Assembly (NCBI GenBank): GCA_963828465.1
Contig: CAWHEU010000018.1
Location: forward strand, 96,001 to 160,000
Direction: 5' to 3'
Length of the DNA: 64,000 nucleotides
Source of the DNA: an uncultured Acidobacteriota bacterium
Lineage (GTDB): Bacteria; Actinomycetota; Acidimicrobiia; Spongiisociales; ZC4RG35
Numbering within the stretch: position 1 is the first letter of the stretch; every line of letters starts with the position of its first letter. Position numbers and translations under genes: made by a program. Below are positions 39,344-49,692 of the stretch, piece after piece. Below the pieces are notes generated by a model that was not told the DNA's origin, made no database searches, and was given only the letters and a program-made list of their open reading frames with translations.

Positions 39344-39395
39344 GCGACGCCTGATCGACACCGTCGCTGAGCGACGCCTGATCGACACCGTCGCT
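39335..39395. repeat. 27-bp tandem repeat (2.3 copies) with internal palindrome
   Basis: CGTCGCTGAGCGACGCCTGATCGACAC x2 plus CGTCGCT. Confidence 0.9.
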
Positions 39396-39397
39396 AT

Positions 39398-40189
39398 CTA
39401 GACCGACCGATCCCGATGATCGTGCCGCCCCGGGACGGGGCGGTGGGCTGGATCGTCGATGAACAGCCTCTCCCCCTCTACATGGAGGAGATTGGGCCCG
39501 TAGGCGGCTGTCAGATTCTCCACCGTCAGGACTTCTTCGGCCGCGCCCGAGGCAACAACGCGGCCCGATAGCAGAATCACGTGATCGGCCACCTGGGCTT
39601 CGGCCAGGTCGTGGGTCGTCATGACGATGGTGCACCCCGTCTGAGTCTCGTCGTGGATGACACTGTCGATGGCCTGAGCGGAGGTCAGGTCCAGTCCGGT
39701 CAATGGCTCGTCGAGGAGCAGGATCTCGTGCTCTTGGGCAAGGCCCTGTGCCACCAGGACGCGCTGACGCTGCCCTCCCGACAGCTCGCGTAAGTGCCGT
39801 CCGGCGAGGTGGCTGATCCCCATCCGCCCCATAGCCTCGTTTACTGCGACATGGTCCCCAGTGTCGAGACGACGGGCGTTGGAGCCGGCGTATCTCCCCA
39901 TCGTCACTACTTCCCTGACGGTCACCGGCAACGTGTCGTTGACCTTGGTGCTCTGCAACACGTAAGAGATCCTCTGATCCGACCCATCCGGTCCGAGCAC
40001 CTCGATCGACCCACCGATTGGATCGATGAGACCCGCCATGGCGCCGAGGAGGGTCGACTTCCCCGATCCGTTGGGGCCGATCAAGACGGTGATCCCACCC
40101 CTCGGGATCTCGAAGGACGACGCGGCGAGAGCGATGTTCGGACCGTACGCCAGAACCAGATCCTCCCCTCTGACGGCCACGGGTCTCAC
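39398..40189 (-). CDS. Zn/Mn ABC transporter ATP-binding protein
   Basis: GPNGSGKST, LSGGQRQR, LLDEP; GTGA overlap with the Fur-family gene. Confidence 0.92.
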   Translation of the reverse strand: MRPVAVRGEDLVLAYGPNIALAASSFEIPRGGITVLIGPNGSGKSTLLGAMAGLIDPIGGSIEVLGPDGSDQRISYVLQSTKVNDTLPVTVREVVTMGRYAGSNARRLDTGDHVAVNEAMGRMGISHLAGRHLRELSGGQRQRVLVAQGLAQEHEILLLDEPLTGLDLTSAQAIDSVIHDETQTGCTIVMTTHDLAEAQVADHVILLSGRVVASGAAEEVLTVENLTAAYGPNLLHVEGERLFIDDPAHRPVPGRHDHRDRSV

Positions 40190-40620
40190 CGGCACCTCGC
40201 GCAACGGCCGTCTACCTCGAGCGAGTGGCCGCCGGCCGAGAAGGAGGCCCACGCCGACACCTGGCCGACAAGACGCTCCAACTCCACTTCCAGCGGCTCC
40301 GGGAGCTCGATGTCCTCGACCGCCCCGCACTCGATGCACACGAGATGGTGGTGATGACCGGCGAGCCACTCGGCCATCTCATACCTGGTGATTCCCCTTG
40401 CGCCGTGATGCGGCTCGACCACACCCGCCTCCTCGAGCACCGCCAGCGTCCGGTACACCGATGAGACCGGCACCGCCCCTCCCATCTCCAGATGAAGTTC
40501 GGCCGCCGAAAGCGGCCCGTCCACTCGTTCCAGTGCGGATACGACGTGGCGTCTCCCCGCTGTGTAGCGAACACCCGCCTCGGCGAGCCGCTCCTCGATC
40601 TGTCGGTCCTGGACTGGCAT
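40186..40620 (-). CDS. zur: Fur-family regulator (Zur-like)
   Basis: SVYRTL, HHHHLVCIECG, C-terminal CARC; embedded in a metal ABC locus. Confidence 0.82.
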   Translation of the reverse strand: MPVQDRQIEERLAEAGVRYTAGRRHVVSALERVDGPLSAAELHLEMGGAVPVSSVYRTLAVLEEAGVVEPHHGARGITRYEMAEWLAGHHHHLVCIECGAVEDIELPEPLEVELERLVGQVSAWASFSAGGHSLEVDGRCARCR

Positions 40621-40644
40621 TTGTCGGTTACCCGATCCTACCCT

Positions 40645-40665
40645 TGTTGATAATGATTCTCATTA
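40645..40665. promoter_or_regulatory. Zur/Fur box
   Basis: TGTTGATAATGATTCTCATTA, an AT-rich near-palindrome between divergent zur and solute-binding genes. Confidence 0.85.
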
Positions 40666-40675
40666 TAGGCATGAG

Positions 40676-41563
40676 ATGAGAAACGCCGGCAGGCTCCTGC
40701 TTCTGGCCCTGACACTCGCCGCCTGCGCCGGTGGCACAGAAGACGCTGAGGAGGGTCTGGCGGTCGTGGCCACCACCTCGATCGTCGGTGACATCGCAGC
40801 CGCAGTGGTTGGCGACGAAGGGGACGTGGAGGTACTGATCCCGATCGGTGTCGACGCTCACGACTTCTCCCCCTCCTCCCAGCAGGCGAGCCTGCTGGCG
40901 ACGGCCGACCTGGTGCTCGCCAATGGGTTGGGCCTCGAAGCCGGGTTGGAAGACGTGCTCGCATCCGTGGCGGACGACGGGGTGCAGGTGTTGGAGCTGG
41001 CTCCCTTGATCGAACCGATCGAATTCCGTGATGGTGGCGCCCTCGACCCCCATTTCTGGATGGATCCCGTGCGGGTCGGCGATGCCGCTCACGCCGTGGC
41101 CGAGGCACTCGATGCCCACCATCCCGGTGGCTGGCAGGAACGCGCTGCTTCCTACGCCGCCGGAATGGAGGCGTCCGATGTGGAAATTGAGGGAGTCCTC
41201 GCCGTCGTGCCGCAGGATCACCGGGAGATGGTGACCAACCACGAGGCATTCGGGTACTTCGCCGCCCGTTACGGGTTCGAGACGATCGGCGTGGTGATCC
41301 CGGGTGGTTCAACGCTCACCGAGCCATCTTCGGCGGAGCTTGCCGATCTGGTCGAGGTCATGGAGCAATCGGGCACGAGTGCGATCTTCGCCGAGACGAC
41401 TCAGCCGACCGCACTCGCCGAGGCGGTGGCCGCGGAGCTCGGCGACGATGTCGAGGTCGTGGAGCTGTTCACCGAATCTCTGGGTGGGCCGGGATCGGGG
41501 GCCGAAACGCTCTCGGAGATGCTTCTCACCAATGCTCGGCGAATCTCGGAGGCCCTGGGATGA
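40676..41563 (+). CDS. Zn/Mn ABC transporter substrate-binding lipoprotein
   Basis: Lipobox LAAC, DAHDF, NGLGLE, DPHFWMDP, HEAFGYFA. Confidence 0.93.
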   Translation: MRNAGRLLLLALTLAACAGGTEDAEEGLAVVATTSIVGDIAAAVVGDEGDVEVLIPIGVDAHDFSPSSQQASLLATADLVLANGLGLEAGLEDVLASVADDGVQVLELAPLIEPIEFRDGGALDPHFWMDPVRVGDAAHAVAEALDAHHPGGWQERAASYAAGMEASDVEIEGVLAVVPQDHREMVTNHEAFGYFAARYGFETIGVVIPGGSTLTEPSSAELADLVEVMEQSGTSAIFAETTQPTALAEAVAAELGDDVEVVELFTESLGGPGSGAETLSEMLLTNARRISEALG

Positions 41564-41581
41564 GGCGGTAGCTTCGACCTC

Positions 41582-42424
41582 ATGGACTGGCTGATCGAGC
41601 CCTTCGAACTCGCCTTCCAACAGAGGGCCCTGGTTGCGGGTGTCCTCGCCGCGCTGGCCCTTTCGGTGGTCGGCACCTGGGTGGTCATCCGGGGGATGAC
41701 CTTTCTCGGCGACGCCTTGGTCCATGGTGTCGTCCCCGGCATCGCCATCGCCATCATCTTCGACTTCAACGTTCTCATCGGCGCCGTGCTAGCCGCTATC
41801 GCGATGATCGGCGGAATCAACTTCGTGCACCGCCAGACTGGGTTCTCGGAGGACACCGGCATCGGCCTTCTGTTTGTCGGAATGCTTGGCCTCGGCGTGA
41901 TCCTGATCTCGAGGACCGATTCCTTCGCGGTCAACCTGTCAACCATTCTGTTCGGCGATGCTCTGGGCGTCACCAGAGGAGACCTCATCGCGCTGGCTGT
42001 CGTTGCCGTGATCGTCGTGGCGATGACCATCGCCTTCTACCGGCATTTCCTGGTGCTCTCGTTCAACGAGCAGAAGGCCAGCCTGTTCGGGCTGCGACCA
42101 GGCATGACTCACATCGCTCTGCTCTCTCTGATCACGTTGTCGATCGTCGGCTCATTCCAGACCGTCGGGACCCTTCTGGTGTTCGGGCTGCTCGTCGGCC
42201 CGCCGGCCACAGCTGCCCTCCTCGTCAAGCGGGTGCCCTCGATGATGGCAACGGCGGCTGCGATCGGGATCCTGTCGGTCATCGTGGGCCTTCTCGTCAG
42301 CTACCACGCCAACACATCGGGTTCGGCGACCATGGCTGTCATCCCAATCGTCCTGTTTTTCCTGGTCCTGACCTTCAGATCGGTGCGTCGCCCCATTCCC
42401 GCCGTCTCGAAAGCGGGGAGCTAG
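41582..42424 (+). CDS. Zn/Mn ABC transporter permease
   Basis: GDALVHGVVPG, EDTGIG, ILFGD; multiple TM helices. Confidence 0.93.
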   Translation: MDWLIEPFELAFQQRALVAGVLAALALSVVGTWVVIRGMTFLGDALVHGVVPGIAIAIIFDFNVLIGAVLAAIAMIGGINFVHRQTGFSEDTGIGLLFVGMLGLGVILISRTDSFAVNLSTILFGDALGVTRGDLIALAVVAVIVVAMTIAFYRHFLVLSFNEQKASLFGLRPGMTHIALLSLITLSIVGSFQTVGTLLVFGLLVGPPATAALLVKRVPSMMATAAAIGILSVIVGLLVSYHANTSGSATMAVIPIVLFFLVLTFRSVRRPIPAVSKAGS

Positions 42425-42425
42425 C

Positions 42426-43136
42426 TCACTTCCCCCAGGTCTCGCCCGGTTCCAGCTCTGCGACTTCAGCTCTGGTGTGTTGGCGAAGCTCGTCGGGAGT
42501 ACCGGTCAGGATGGGGAAAGTCGCGTAGTGGATCGGGATCACTGTCGACACTCCAGCCATGTCGGCCGCCCGGCCGGCGTCGCGTGGGCCCATCGTGTAA
42601 TGCCCCCCGATCGGGAATACACCGATAGTCGGGCTGTAGCGCTCGCCGATCAGGGCCATGTCACCGAACAGATCGGTGTCGCCGGATTGGTAGACGACCG
42701 TGCCATCCTCGAACTCGAGAATCCAACCCCAGCACCCGAGATCGCGGGTCACCTGGTCACTCCCGGTTCCCAGCGTGGCGCCCCCGCTGTGGTCGGCGTG
42801 GACCATCGTGAACTTGACCCCAGCTGCCTCCACAGTCCCGCCGTTGTTCATGCCGATCGACTCGATCCCGCGGGATCCGAGCCATATCGACATCTCATGG
42901 GACCCGATCACGGTGGATCCGACGATCTCGGCCAGCTCGACCAGATCGGCGCAATCGTCCCCGACGTGGTCGAAATGACAGTGGGTGGGAGCCACAACGT
43001 CGACCTTCTCAGCCGTTCGGTACTCCTCGGCGTAATTGGGGGCGCCAGTCCATCGGTCGACCCAGATCCAGGCATCACCCGGCGACCGATAGAGGACTCC
43101 CCCATGCCCGAGCCTGGTGATGCGCAGATTGGCCAT
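42426..43136 (-). CDS. metallo-beta-lactamase-fold hydrolase (UPF0173-like)
   Basis: LGHG, THCHFDH, HADHS, GDTDLFGDM, PIGGHYTM, PIHY. Confidence 0.88.
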   Translation of the reverse strand: MANLRITRLGHGGVLYRSPGDAWIWVDRWTGAPNYAEEYRTAEKVDVVAPTHCHFDHVGDDCADLVELAEIVGSTVIGSHEMSIWLGSRGIESIGMNNGGTVEAAGVKFTMVHADHSGGATLGTGSDQVTRDLGCWGWILEFEDGTVVYQSGDTDLFGDMALIGERYSPTIGVFPIGGHYTMGPRDAGRAADMAGVSTVIPIHYATFPILTGTPDELRQHTRAEVAELEPGETWGK

Positions 43137-43190
43137 GCTGTCTCCTTCCCGTTCAGCCGACGTCGATGGCGGTCAGATCGGGGAAGCTAC

Positions 43191-44096
43191 TCATCGGAGC
43201 AGCGCCAGGACCTCCCCCATCTCGGTGACGGCCCGGGCATCGATGGGGTCGAGGACAACCTGAACATGAGTGATGCCCGCTGCCCCGAAACGCGCCAACG
43301 ACTCGGCCATCTCCGATGTCGAGCCGCTAATCGGCTTCACGTCAGGTCGTTCGCCGCTACCCGCGATCCGGCCGGTGCCACGCTCCAGCCCGACCAGAAC
43401 GGCGACGGTGCGATCGACATCGGCCGGATCCCGACCGACCTGGCGACAGGCTTCGTCGACGGTGTTCAGGAGCGGTGGGAGACCCGCGGGATCGTTGTCG
43501 AAACCGGTGTACCAGCTGTTCCAGAGGTCGACATGCGGGACGGCGATCCTGAGCATCCGCGGCCCATTCGATCCGATCAGTAGCGGCATGTCGTTTCGGG
43601 CCCTGGGCAGCAGCTCCATCTCCCGATGGGTGTAAAACGGGCCATCGTGGTCGATCGAGCCCTCCCTGATCAGGGTTCGGATGATGGTGAATGCCTCCTC
43701 GAAACGCGACACACGATGGTCGAACGGAAAGCCGAAGGCGGCGTATTCGGGTTGATTCCAGCCGGCACCCAGACCAAGCACGAGCCGGCCTCCGCTGATG
43801 TCATCGACCGTTGCCGCCTTCTTCGCGATCATCGCCGGATTGTGGAACGAGGTGGCTGCCACGAGTGGCCCGATGAGGGCCCTGTTGGTGGCCTCACCAA
43901 GGGCGGCCAGCAGCGACCACGCCTCGAGCGGACCACGCACTCCGGTCACCGCATCGCGAAACAGGAGATGGTCGCCGACCCATATCGAGTCGAATCCGAC
44001 CTCCTCGGCGGTATTGGCGATCTCGCGCACCTCCCGCCAGGACACCTGGCGCTCTACTTCGGGAAGCTGTATGCCAACCTTCATCTGACCGCTCAT
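43191..44096 (-). CDS. LLM-class flavin/F420-dependent oxidoreductase
   Basis: GFDSIWVGDH, SGGRLVLGLGAGW, GPRML. Confidence 0.9.
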   Translation of the reverse strand: MSGQMKVGIQLPEVERQVSWREVREIANTAEEVGFDSIWVGDHLLFRDAVTGVRGPLEAWSLLAALGEATNRALIGPLVAATSFHNPAMIAKKAATVDDISGGRLVLGLGAGWNQPEYAAFGFPFDHRVSRFEEAFTIIRTLIREGSIDHDGPFYTHREMELLPRARNDMPLLIGSNGPRMLRIAVPHVDLWNSWYTGFDNDPAGLPPLLNTVDEACRQVGRDPADVDRTVAVLVGLERGTGRIAGSGERPDVKPISGSTSEMAESLARFGAAGITHVQVVLDPIDARAVTEMGEVLALLR

Positions 44097-44104
44097 GGAT
44101 GCGA

Positions 44105-45810
44105 TGGTACGTAACCGGAGGCCAGCCTCTTCCAGCCTCAACCCCGCCCAGCGCCGGGCTCATCTGCGACGCATGGGCGAGGAAACCTTCGACATCGTGG
44201 TGATCGGTGGCGGAGTAACCGGGTGCGGGGTTGCCCTGGACGCGGCCTCGCGAGGACTGTCGGTGGCGCTGGTCGAGCAGCGGGACTACTCATCGGGGAC
44301 ATCGAGCCGCTCGAGCAAGCTATTCCACGGCGGGCTTAGGTATCTGGAGCAGAGGAATTTCAGACTGGTGCGTGAGGCGCTGGCGGAGAGAAACCTCATG
44401 CTCAACCGTCTCTGCCCCCATCTCGCCGAGCCGGTGTCCTTTCTCTACCCGCTGCAACACCGCGTTTGGGAGCGTCTCTACGTCGGCGCAGGCGTCCTTC
44501 TCTACGACATGTTCGCCTCGGCCGCCGACAGCCCGTTGCCCCGCCACACCCATCTGACCCGCAAGGCAGCTCTCGAGATGGCGCCGGCACTGGCGGGGAG
44601 CGACCTGGTGGGGGCGGTCAGGTACTGGGATGCCGTGGTCGACGACGCCCGCCACACGCTGATGCTGGCCCGGACCGCCTCCGCCCACGGTGCCCTGCTC
44701 GCCAGCAGCGTGAGAGCCCGCTCCCTCATCCTCGAAGCCGGGCGCGTCTCAGGCATCGAGGCCACTGACCTCGAGGACGGCAGCGAAATTCGGATCAGGT
44801 CCCGAAGTGTGATCAACGCCACGGGTGTCTGGAGCGACGACATCCAGGCCATGGCCGGGGATCGCGGGCTCGATGTGAAGGCATCCAAAGGGATCCACAT
44901 CGTCGTGCCGCGAGACCGCGTTAGGTCCGACACCGGGTTGATCTTGCGCACCGAGAAGAGTGTCCTTTTCGTCATCCCCTGGGATCGGCACTGGATCCTC
45001 GGGACGACCGACACTCCCTGGGACCTCCGCCGGGCCCATCCCGCCGCCTGCAGCAGCGACATCGACTATCTCCTTACGACGGTGAACAGCGTTCTCGCCG
45101 ACCCTCTCACCCCGGAGGACATCGTCGGCGTGTATGCCGGGCTCCGCCCCCTCCTCACCGGCGAGTCGGATGACACCAGCATGCTGAGCCGGGAGCATGC
45201 CGTCACGGTGTCGGCCACGGGGCTCATCAGCGTCGCCGGCGGCAAATACACCACCTACCGGATCATGGCCCGCGACGCGGTCGATGCCGCCGTCGCGGAT
45301 CTCGGGATGACGGATACCGAATCCCGCACCGACGAAATCGCCCTGGTCGGCGCACGCGGATGGGCCGAGTTGATAGAGGATCCGTCCCGGATCGGCCTAC
45401 CCGATCCCGTGCGGCTTCTAGGACGGTACGGCTCCGAGGTAGGGAGCCTGGCCGCGCTGGTCGAATCCGACCCGTCGCTGGGGCGGCCCCTCGTCGAAGA
45501 GGTCCCCTATTTGCGTGCCGAGATCGCGCTGGCCGCCCTGGAGGAGGGCGCCCTGCATCTCGACGATGTCCTCACCCGTCGCACCAGGATCTCGATCGAG
45601 ACACATGATCGGGGCCTGAGCGCCGCCGAGGATGCGAGCCGGATAATCGGGCCCATCCTCGGCTGGGACGAAGCATCGTTCACCCGGGAGATCGATCACT
45701 ACAGGGCGCGTGTGGCGGCCGAACGAGAATCGCAAGGCCAACCCGACGACAACACCGCCGACGCCGCCCGTATGGGTGCTCCCGACGTGAGAACGGGTCG
45801 GAGCGAGTGA
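44105..45810 (+). CDS. glpD: FAD-dependent glycerol-3-phosphate dehydrogenase
   Basis: IGGGVTG, GTSSRSSKLFHGGLRYLE, LGTTD, AGLRPL, GGKYTTYR; start uncertain. Confidence 0.92.
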
Positions 45811-47059
45811 TCAGTGAAGCTTCCAACTCGGCGTCGGTGGGAAGGGCGGCACGGTCGAAGTTGCTCACCGCGTTCCAGAGGATCCAGCCCACGCCGAGAT
45901 CCTCCGCCGCCTGTATCGATGTCCTGATCTGAGCGTTGGTCCACCAGAACGCCTGCAGCCACGGCCGCAAGACGACACCCTGCTCGATGCGCTCCTGGGC
46001 GTCCTGGATGGCGTCCGAGGTGACGTCGTAGGGGTGCTCGTTGGGGTCGTCGAGGCCGAGCCAGCCCGGTGAGTAGTGACTGGGGTACACCATTGGGCTG
46101 AAGGCGTCGAGGTGACGGGTCAGCTCTTCGGGCCGCTGCCCGATCCCCTGATCGTTGTTGGCCGAGACCACGATGGCGAACACGTCAGCGCTCACTGCAC
46201 AGCCCTCGGCATGGATCCTCTCCTGCGCCGCTCGGAGAAAGCCCTCGATCACGGTGGTCCGCTCCTCTTCCGTCATCTCGAGCTGACCGCTGATCTGTGC
46301 CGCCTCCTCCGACGGGAATCGCACGTAGTCGAACTGGATCTCGTCGAACCCGAGCCGGCACGCCTCCTCTCCGAGGGCAATGGGGTACTCCCATGCCGAT
46401 GTTTTGGTCGGGTTGATCCATTTCCCGTCATACGCCTCTTCGGGCCGGAATTCCGCCCGGTACGAGTCCTCGAACGTGACGATGCGGGTGATCGTGTAGA
46501 GATCATGCTCCTTGGCCTGGGCGATCCGCTCTGCGGGGTCATAGACATTCACCACGGCGCCCGACTCATGGGCCTCTGCAACCTCGGTGTCATAGAACAC
46601 CTTCCCGCCTTCCTGCTTGGTATCGAAGACGAACGCGTTTATTGCGGTCTCATCGGCCAGGGTGAGCAATGCGGCGAACCTCTCGTCGTCTCCGGCGCCC
46701 TCCGCTCCCACCCGCAAGGCACGAAGGCGACGGGGTTCCATCGCCACCTGGGTGAACGCATTCGATCCATCCCAGGCCGACTCCACGCCTACCCACGCCG
46801 GCTTGTCGACCTGAAGCGGGCCGGGGGTGGCGAGCATGTCGAACCAACCATCCGGGGCGGTGACTGCTGAGTTCGCTCCTACCGTCACTGTTGCCCGGGG
46901 TACAGGGATGCCGCTGGGGTCGGTCACCTTCCCGAGGAGCTGGATCCCTGGGACTGTCGTGGCGGCAGCGAGATCCCCCGCTCCATCGCCCCCCTCCTCA
47001 CCGGACGTACAGCCAGCAAGCAACAGAAGGATCGTGATGAGGACGGCGCGCCGGCTCAT
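45680..47059 (-). CDS. lipoprotein, putative glycoside hydrolase (DUF4015-like) with N-terminal carboxypeptidase-regulatory-like domain
   Basis: Lipobox LAGC, GFDEIQFDYVRFP, SPMVYPSHY, RPWLQAF; true 3' end probably near 45810. Confidence 0.8.
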   Translation of the reverse strand: MSRRAVLITILLLLAGCTSGEEGGDGAGDLAAATTVPGIQLLGKVTDPSGIPVPRATVTVGANSAVTAPDGWFDMLATPGPLQVDKPAWVGVESAWDGSNAFTQVAMEPRRLRALRVGAEGAGDDERFAALLTLADETAINAFVFDTKQEGGKVFYDTEVAEAHESGAVVNVYDPAERIAQAKEHDLYTITRIVTFEDSYRAEFRPEEAYDGKWINPTKTSAWEYPIALGEEACRLGFDEIQFDYVRFPSEEAAQISGQLEMTEEERTTVIEGFLRAAQERIHAEGCAVSADVFAIVVSANNDQGIGQRPEELTRHLDAFSPMVYPSHYSPGWLGLDDPNEHPYDVTSDAIQDAQERIEQGVVLRPWLQAFWWTNAQIRTSIQAAEDLGVGWILWNAVSNFDRAALPTDAELEASLITRSDPFSRREHPYGRRRRCCRRVGLAILVRPPHAPCSDRSPG

Positions 47060-47070
47060 GTCCGACCCGG

Positions 47071-47526
47071 TCAGGCTCCGAGGCGGAGCACCATCGCCGT
47101 GATCGTGAACAGGAGAAGGACGGTATCGAGGATCCCGAAGCCGGCCAGCCGTCCCCTGGCGGCGTTCACCGCTTCCTGATCACCGGCATCGATTGCGTCT
47201 GCTGCCCGAACCGAGCCACGCTCGAACACGAAGATGCCAAGCAAGGTGCCGATGAGGATCATGGCGAATCCGATAGTCACGAAGGTGCTGCCGAATCCGT
47301 ATGCCTCGTTGATGAGCACCATCCAGATCCCGGTGGCGAGCAGGACGATGGCAGCCGGCATGTAGAGACGGGTGGACAGGCCCGCGGCGATTCGGAACCA
47401 CCCGGCGGCTGCGGCCGGGCCTTGCCGTGCCGCCATCGATGGCGCCATCGCCTGGACGAGGTTGGCCCCGAGCCAGCTGCCCGCAGCGGCGATGTGCAGC
47501 ACCAGCAGGATTTCGCTCAATTCCAT
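47071..47526 (-). CDS. membrane protein (DUF2269-like)
   Basis: LHIAAAGSWLG and four TM helices. Confidence 0.7.
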   Translation of the reverse strand: MELSEILLVLHIAAAGSWLGANLVQAMAPSMAARQGPAAAAGWFRIAAGLSTRLYMPAAIVLLATGIWMVLINEAYGFGSTFVTIGFAMILIGTLLGIFVFERGSVRAADAIDAGDQEAVNAARGRLAGFGILDTVLLLFTITAMVLRLGA

Positions 47527-47611
47527 GGGACTCCGATCGCTCAGGGAAAAGGTACCCGGATTGAGTGTTTCTTCGTGGGCTTACCATCGCCGGCCCAAAT
47601 CTAAGGCAACA

Positions 47612-47986
47612 GTGGCAAGCAAATCTGAAGGCATCGGCTGTCGGGACGCGGCGCTCTCCACCGTTTTCCTGGTCGCCTTCGGGATCGTCTTCTTCGCCAC
47701 CGGGCTCACCTTGATCAATCGCGACGTCTGCACGGGGCTCTGCGAGACCCTCGGGCTCACCCTTCTCTATGCCGGTGGTCCTGTATCGGCGCTGTTCGGG
47801 ATCTTCAGCGACTCTGTGATCGTGGCCTGGCCGCTCGATGTGATCCTGTGGGTCGTGCTCGGTTTCGGGGTGGCACGCTACGCATCGAACCGTCGAATCC
47901 AGCCCTGGGGACCTCTAGTTGCCCTTCTTGCTTTCTTTCTGATCTACGGACTAGTCCTTTCGCAGTTAGTCGAATTGACCGTCTAG
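47612..47986 (+). CDS. hypothetical membrane protein
   Basis: 3-4 hydrophobic helices with CxxxC in a loop. Confidence 0.6.
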   Translation: MASKSEGIGCRDAALSTVFLVAFGIVFFATGLTLINRDVCTGLCETLGLTLLYAGGPVSALFGIFSDSVIVAWPLDVILWVVLGFGVARYASNRRIQPWGPLVALLAFFLIYGLVLSQLVELTV

Positions 47987-48018
47987 AAGTGCCCGCTGAG
48001 TGATGGGTCCCGGCTTCA

Positions 48019-48369
48019 ATGATGGAGGTGCTCCGGGTTCGAAATCTCTCCGCATTGGCAGCTGTCCTTCTCCTGACGGCGGCCTCGCTGGGCACCACCG
48101 CACTCTTTTCGGCGGATGGTCCCGGAGCGGATCTACACCCCGTCGACGGGGCCGATGAGGTCGTGCAGATCCTTCAGGGCAACCGGACGGTGCTCTGGAC
48201 CGCTCTCACCGGCTCGGTGGGGATGTACCGGGTCGAAGGCTGGCCGGTCACCGAGAACGGCAACGACCTGGGCGGCGCGTTGGTGATCCAGCGCCCCGCA
48301 GACGGCTCGGCCGGCGTGATCGAGTTCGGCGAGAAGCCGAAGTCGATCGTCTTCGATCTCGACGGTTAG
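48019..48369 (+). CDS. hypothetical exported protein
   Basis: Signal-peptide-like N-terminus and a beta-rich body. Confidence 0.55.
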   Translation: MMEVLRVRNLSALAAVLLLTAASLGTTALFSADGPGADLHPVDGADEVVQILQGNRTVLWTALTGSVGMYRVEGWPVTENGNDLGGALVIQRPADGSAGVIEFGEKPKSIVFDLDG

Positions 48370-49623
48370 TCAGACCGCCAGATACTGATCCAACTCGCCT
48401 TCCTCGTAAGGCCCCACCGCGCCGATCATGCGCTGACCCCGGTACATGTCTGTGGCGATGGACTGGACCTCATCGAGGCTGACTGCCTCCAGTTTCGCCA
48501 GCCGCTCGTCGACCGACAGGTGGGGCATGCCCGCCAGCTCGTCCCGGCCCAGCCTCACCATCCGGCTGTTGGGATCCTCCATGGCGAGGGCGAGACCGCC
48601 ACGCATCGAGCCCTTGGCCCGCTCCAGCTCCTCGACCGTGATCCCCTCTTCGACGACCTTGTCGAGCTCCTCTTTGATCACGGCCATCGCGGTCTCGGTC
48701 TGGCTCGGCGTCGTTCCCACGTAGACACCCCAGGCACCGGCGTCGGCATATGCCATCTTGAAGCCGTACACCGCGTAGGCCAGCCCCCGCTCCTCCCGGA
48801 TCTCGCGGAAGAGACGGGAAGACATGCCCGAGCCCATGACGTGGTTGAGCACCTCGAACGCCCAACGCCGCTCATCGCTCCTGGTAAGGCCCTTGCCTCC
48901 GATGACGAGGTGGGCCTGCTCCGTCTCCCGATGTGTGATCTTGACCACCGGCCAGGGGGCCGCTTCGGCCTGCTCATGCTTCACGGTCTCTCCTGACCAG
49001 TCGCCAAACCGTTCGGCCACCATGTCCACGACGGCCTCGTGGTCGATCGATCCGGCTGCCGCCACCACCATGGAGCCTGCCCCGTAGCGCCGGTTCCAAT
49101 AGCCGAGGATGTCGTCCCGGGACATGGCCCGTATCGATTCGCGGGTTCCAAGCACCGGGGCCTCGAGCGGGTGGTCGACGAATACGGCCATCGTGAAGTT
49201 CTCGAAGGCGACGTCGTCGGGGTCGTCATCGTTCATGTTGATCTCTTCGATTACCACCTGACGCTCGGCGTCGATCTCGTTCTGCCGGAAGGCGGGTCGC
49301 TGCAGCATCTCGGACAGGACATCGAATCCGGTACCCAGGTCCTGATCGAGGAGCCTCACCCAATAGCAGGTGCTCTCTTTCGATGTGAAGGCATTGGACT
49401 CCGCTCCTATTGCGTCGAAGATCTCCGACACCTGACGCGCCGACAGCTTCTCCGAGCCCTTGAAGAGGAGATGCTCCAGGAAGTGCGAGGCGCCGTGTTC
49501 ACTGGGCAACTCGTCGCGGGTCCCGGTGTCGACCCAGCAGCCGAGGGCAACCGAGCGTAGGGAGGGCATGGGCTCGGTTATGACACGAAGCCCGTTGGGG
49601 AGGGTGGTGAGGTCGTAATGCAC
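48370..49623 (-). CDS. M16 (pitrilysin-family) zinc peptidase
   Basis: HFLEHLLFKG (HxxEH), NAFTSKE, SSRLF.EIREERGLAY. Confidence 0.95.
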   Translation of the reverse strand: MHYDLTTLPNGLRVITEPMPSLRSVALGCWVDTGTRDELPSEHGASHFLEHLLFKGSEKLSARQVSEIFDAIGAESNAFTSKESTCYWVRLLDQDLGTGFDVLSEMLQRPAFRQNEIDAERQVVIEEINMNDDDPDDVAFENFTMAVFVDHPLEAPVLGTRESIRAMSRDDILGYWNRRYGAGSMVVAAAGSIDHEAVVDMVAERFGDWSGETVKHEQAEAAPWPVVKITHRETEQAHLVIGGKGLTRSDERRWAFEVLNHVMGSGMSSRLFREIREERGLAYAVYGFKMAYADAGAWGVYVGTTPSQTETAMAVIKEELDKVVEEGITVEELERAKGSMRGGLALAMEDPNSRMVRLGRDELAGMPHLSVDERLAKLEAVSLDEVQSIATDMYRGQRMIGAVGPYEEGELDQYLAV

Positions 49624-49692
49624 GGAGGGGAGTGTATGGGCCTGCCGCCAATAGCGTTTGGGGCCTCGGCCCAGTTTGACACCCGTGAGACA

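Noticed and set aside
39335-39395. Palindromic repeat as a CRISPR array
   Set aside because: Units are contiguous without spacers and there are no cas genes in the window.
45680-45810. 131-bp convergent overlap of glpD and the glycoside hydrolase gene
   Set aside because: The extension is low-complexity and not protein-like. A one-base indel near 45820 would place the stop at about 45810.
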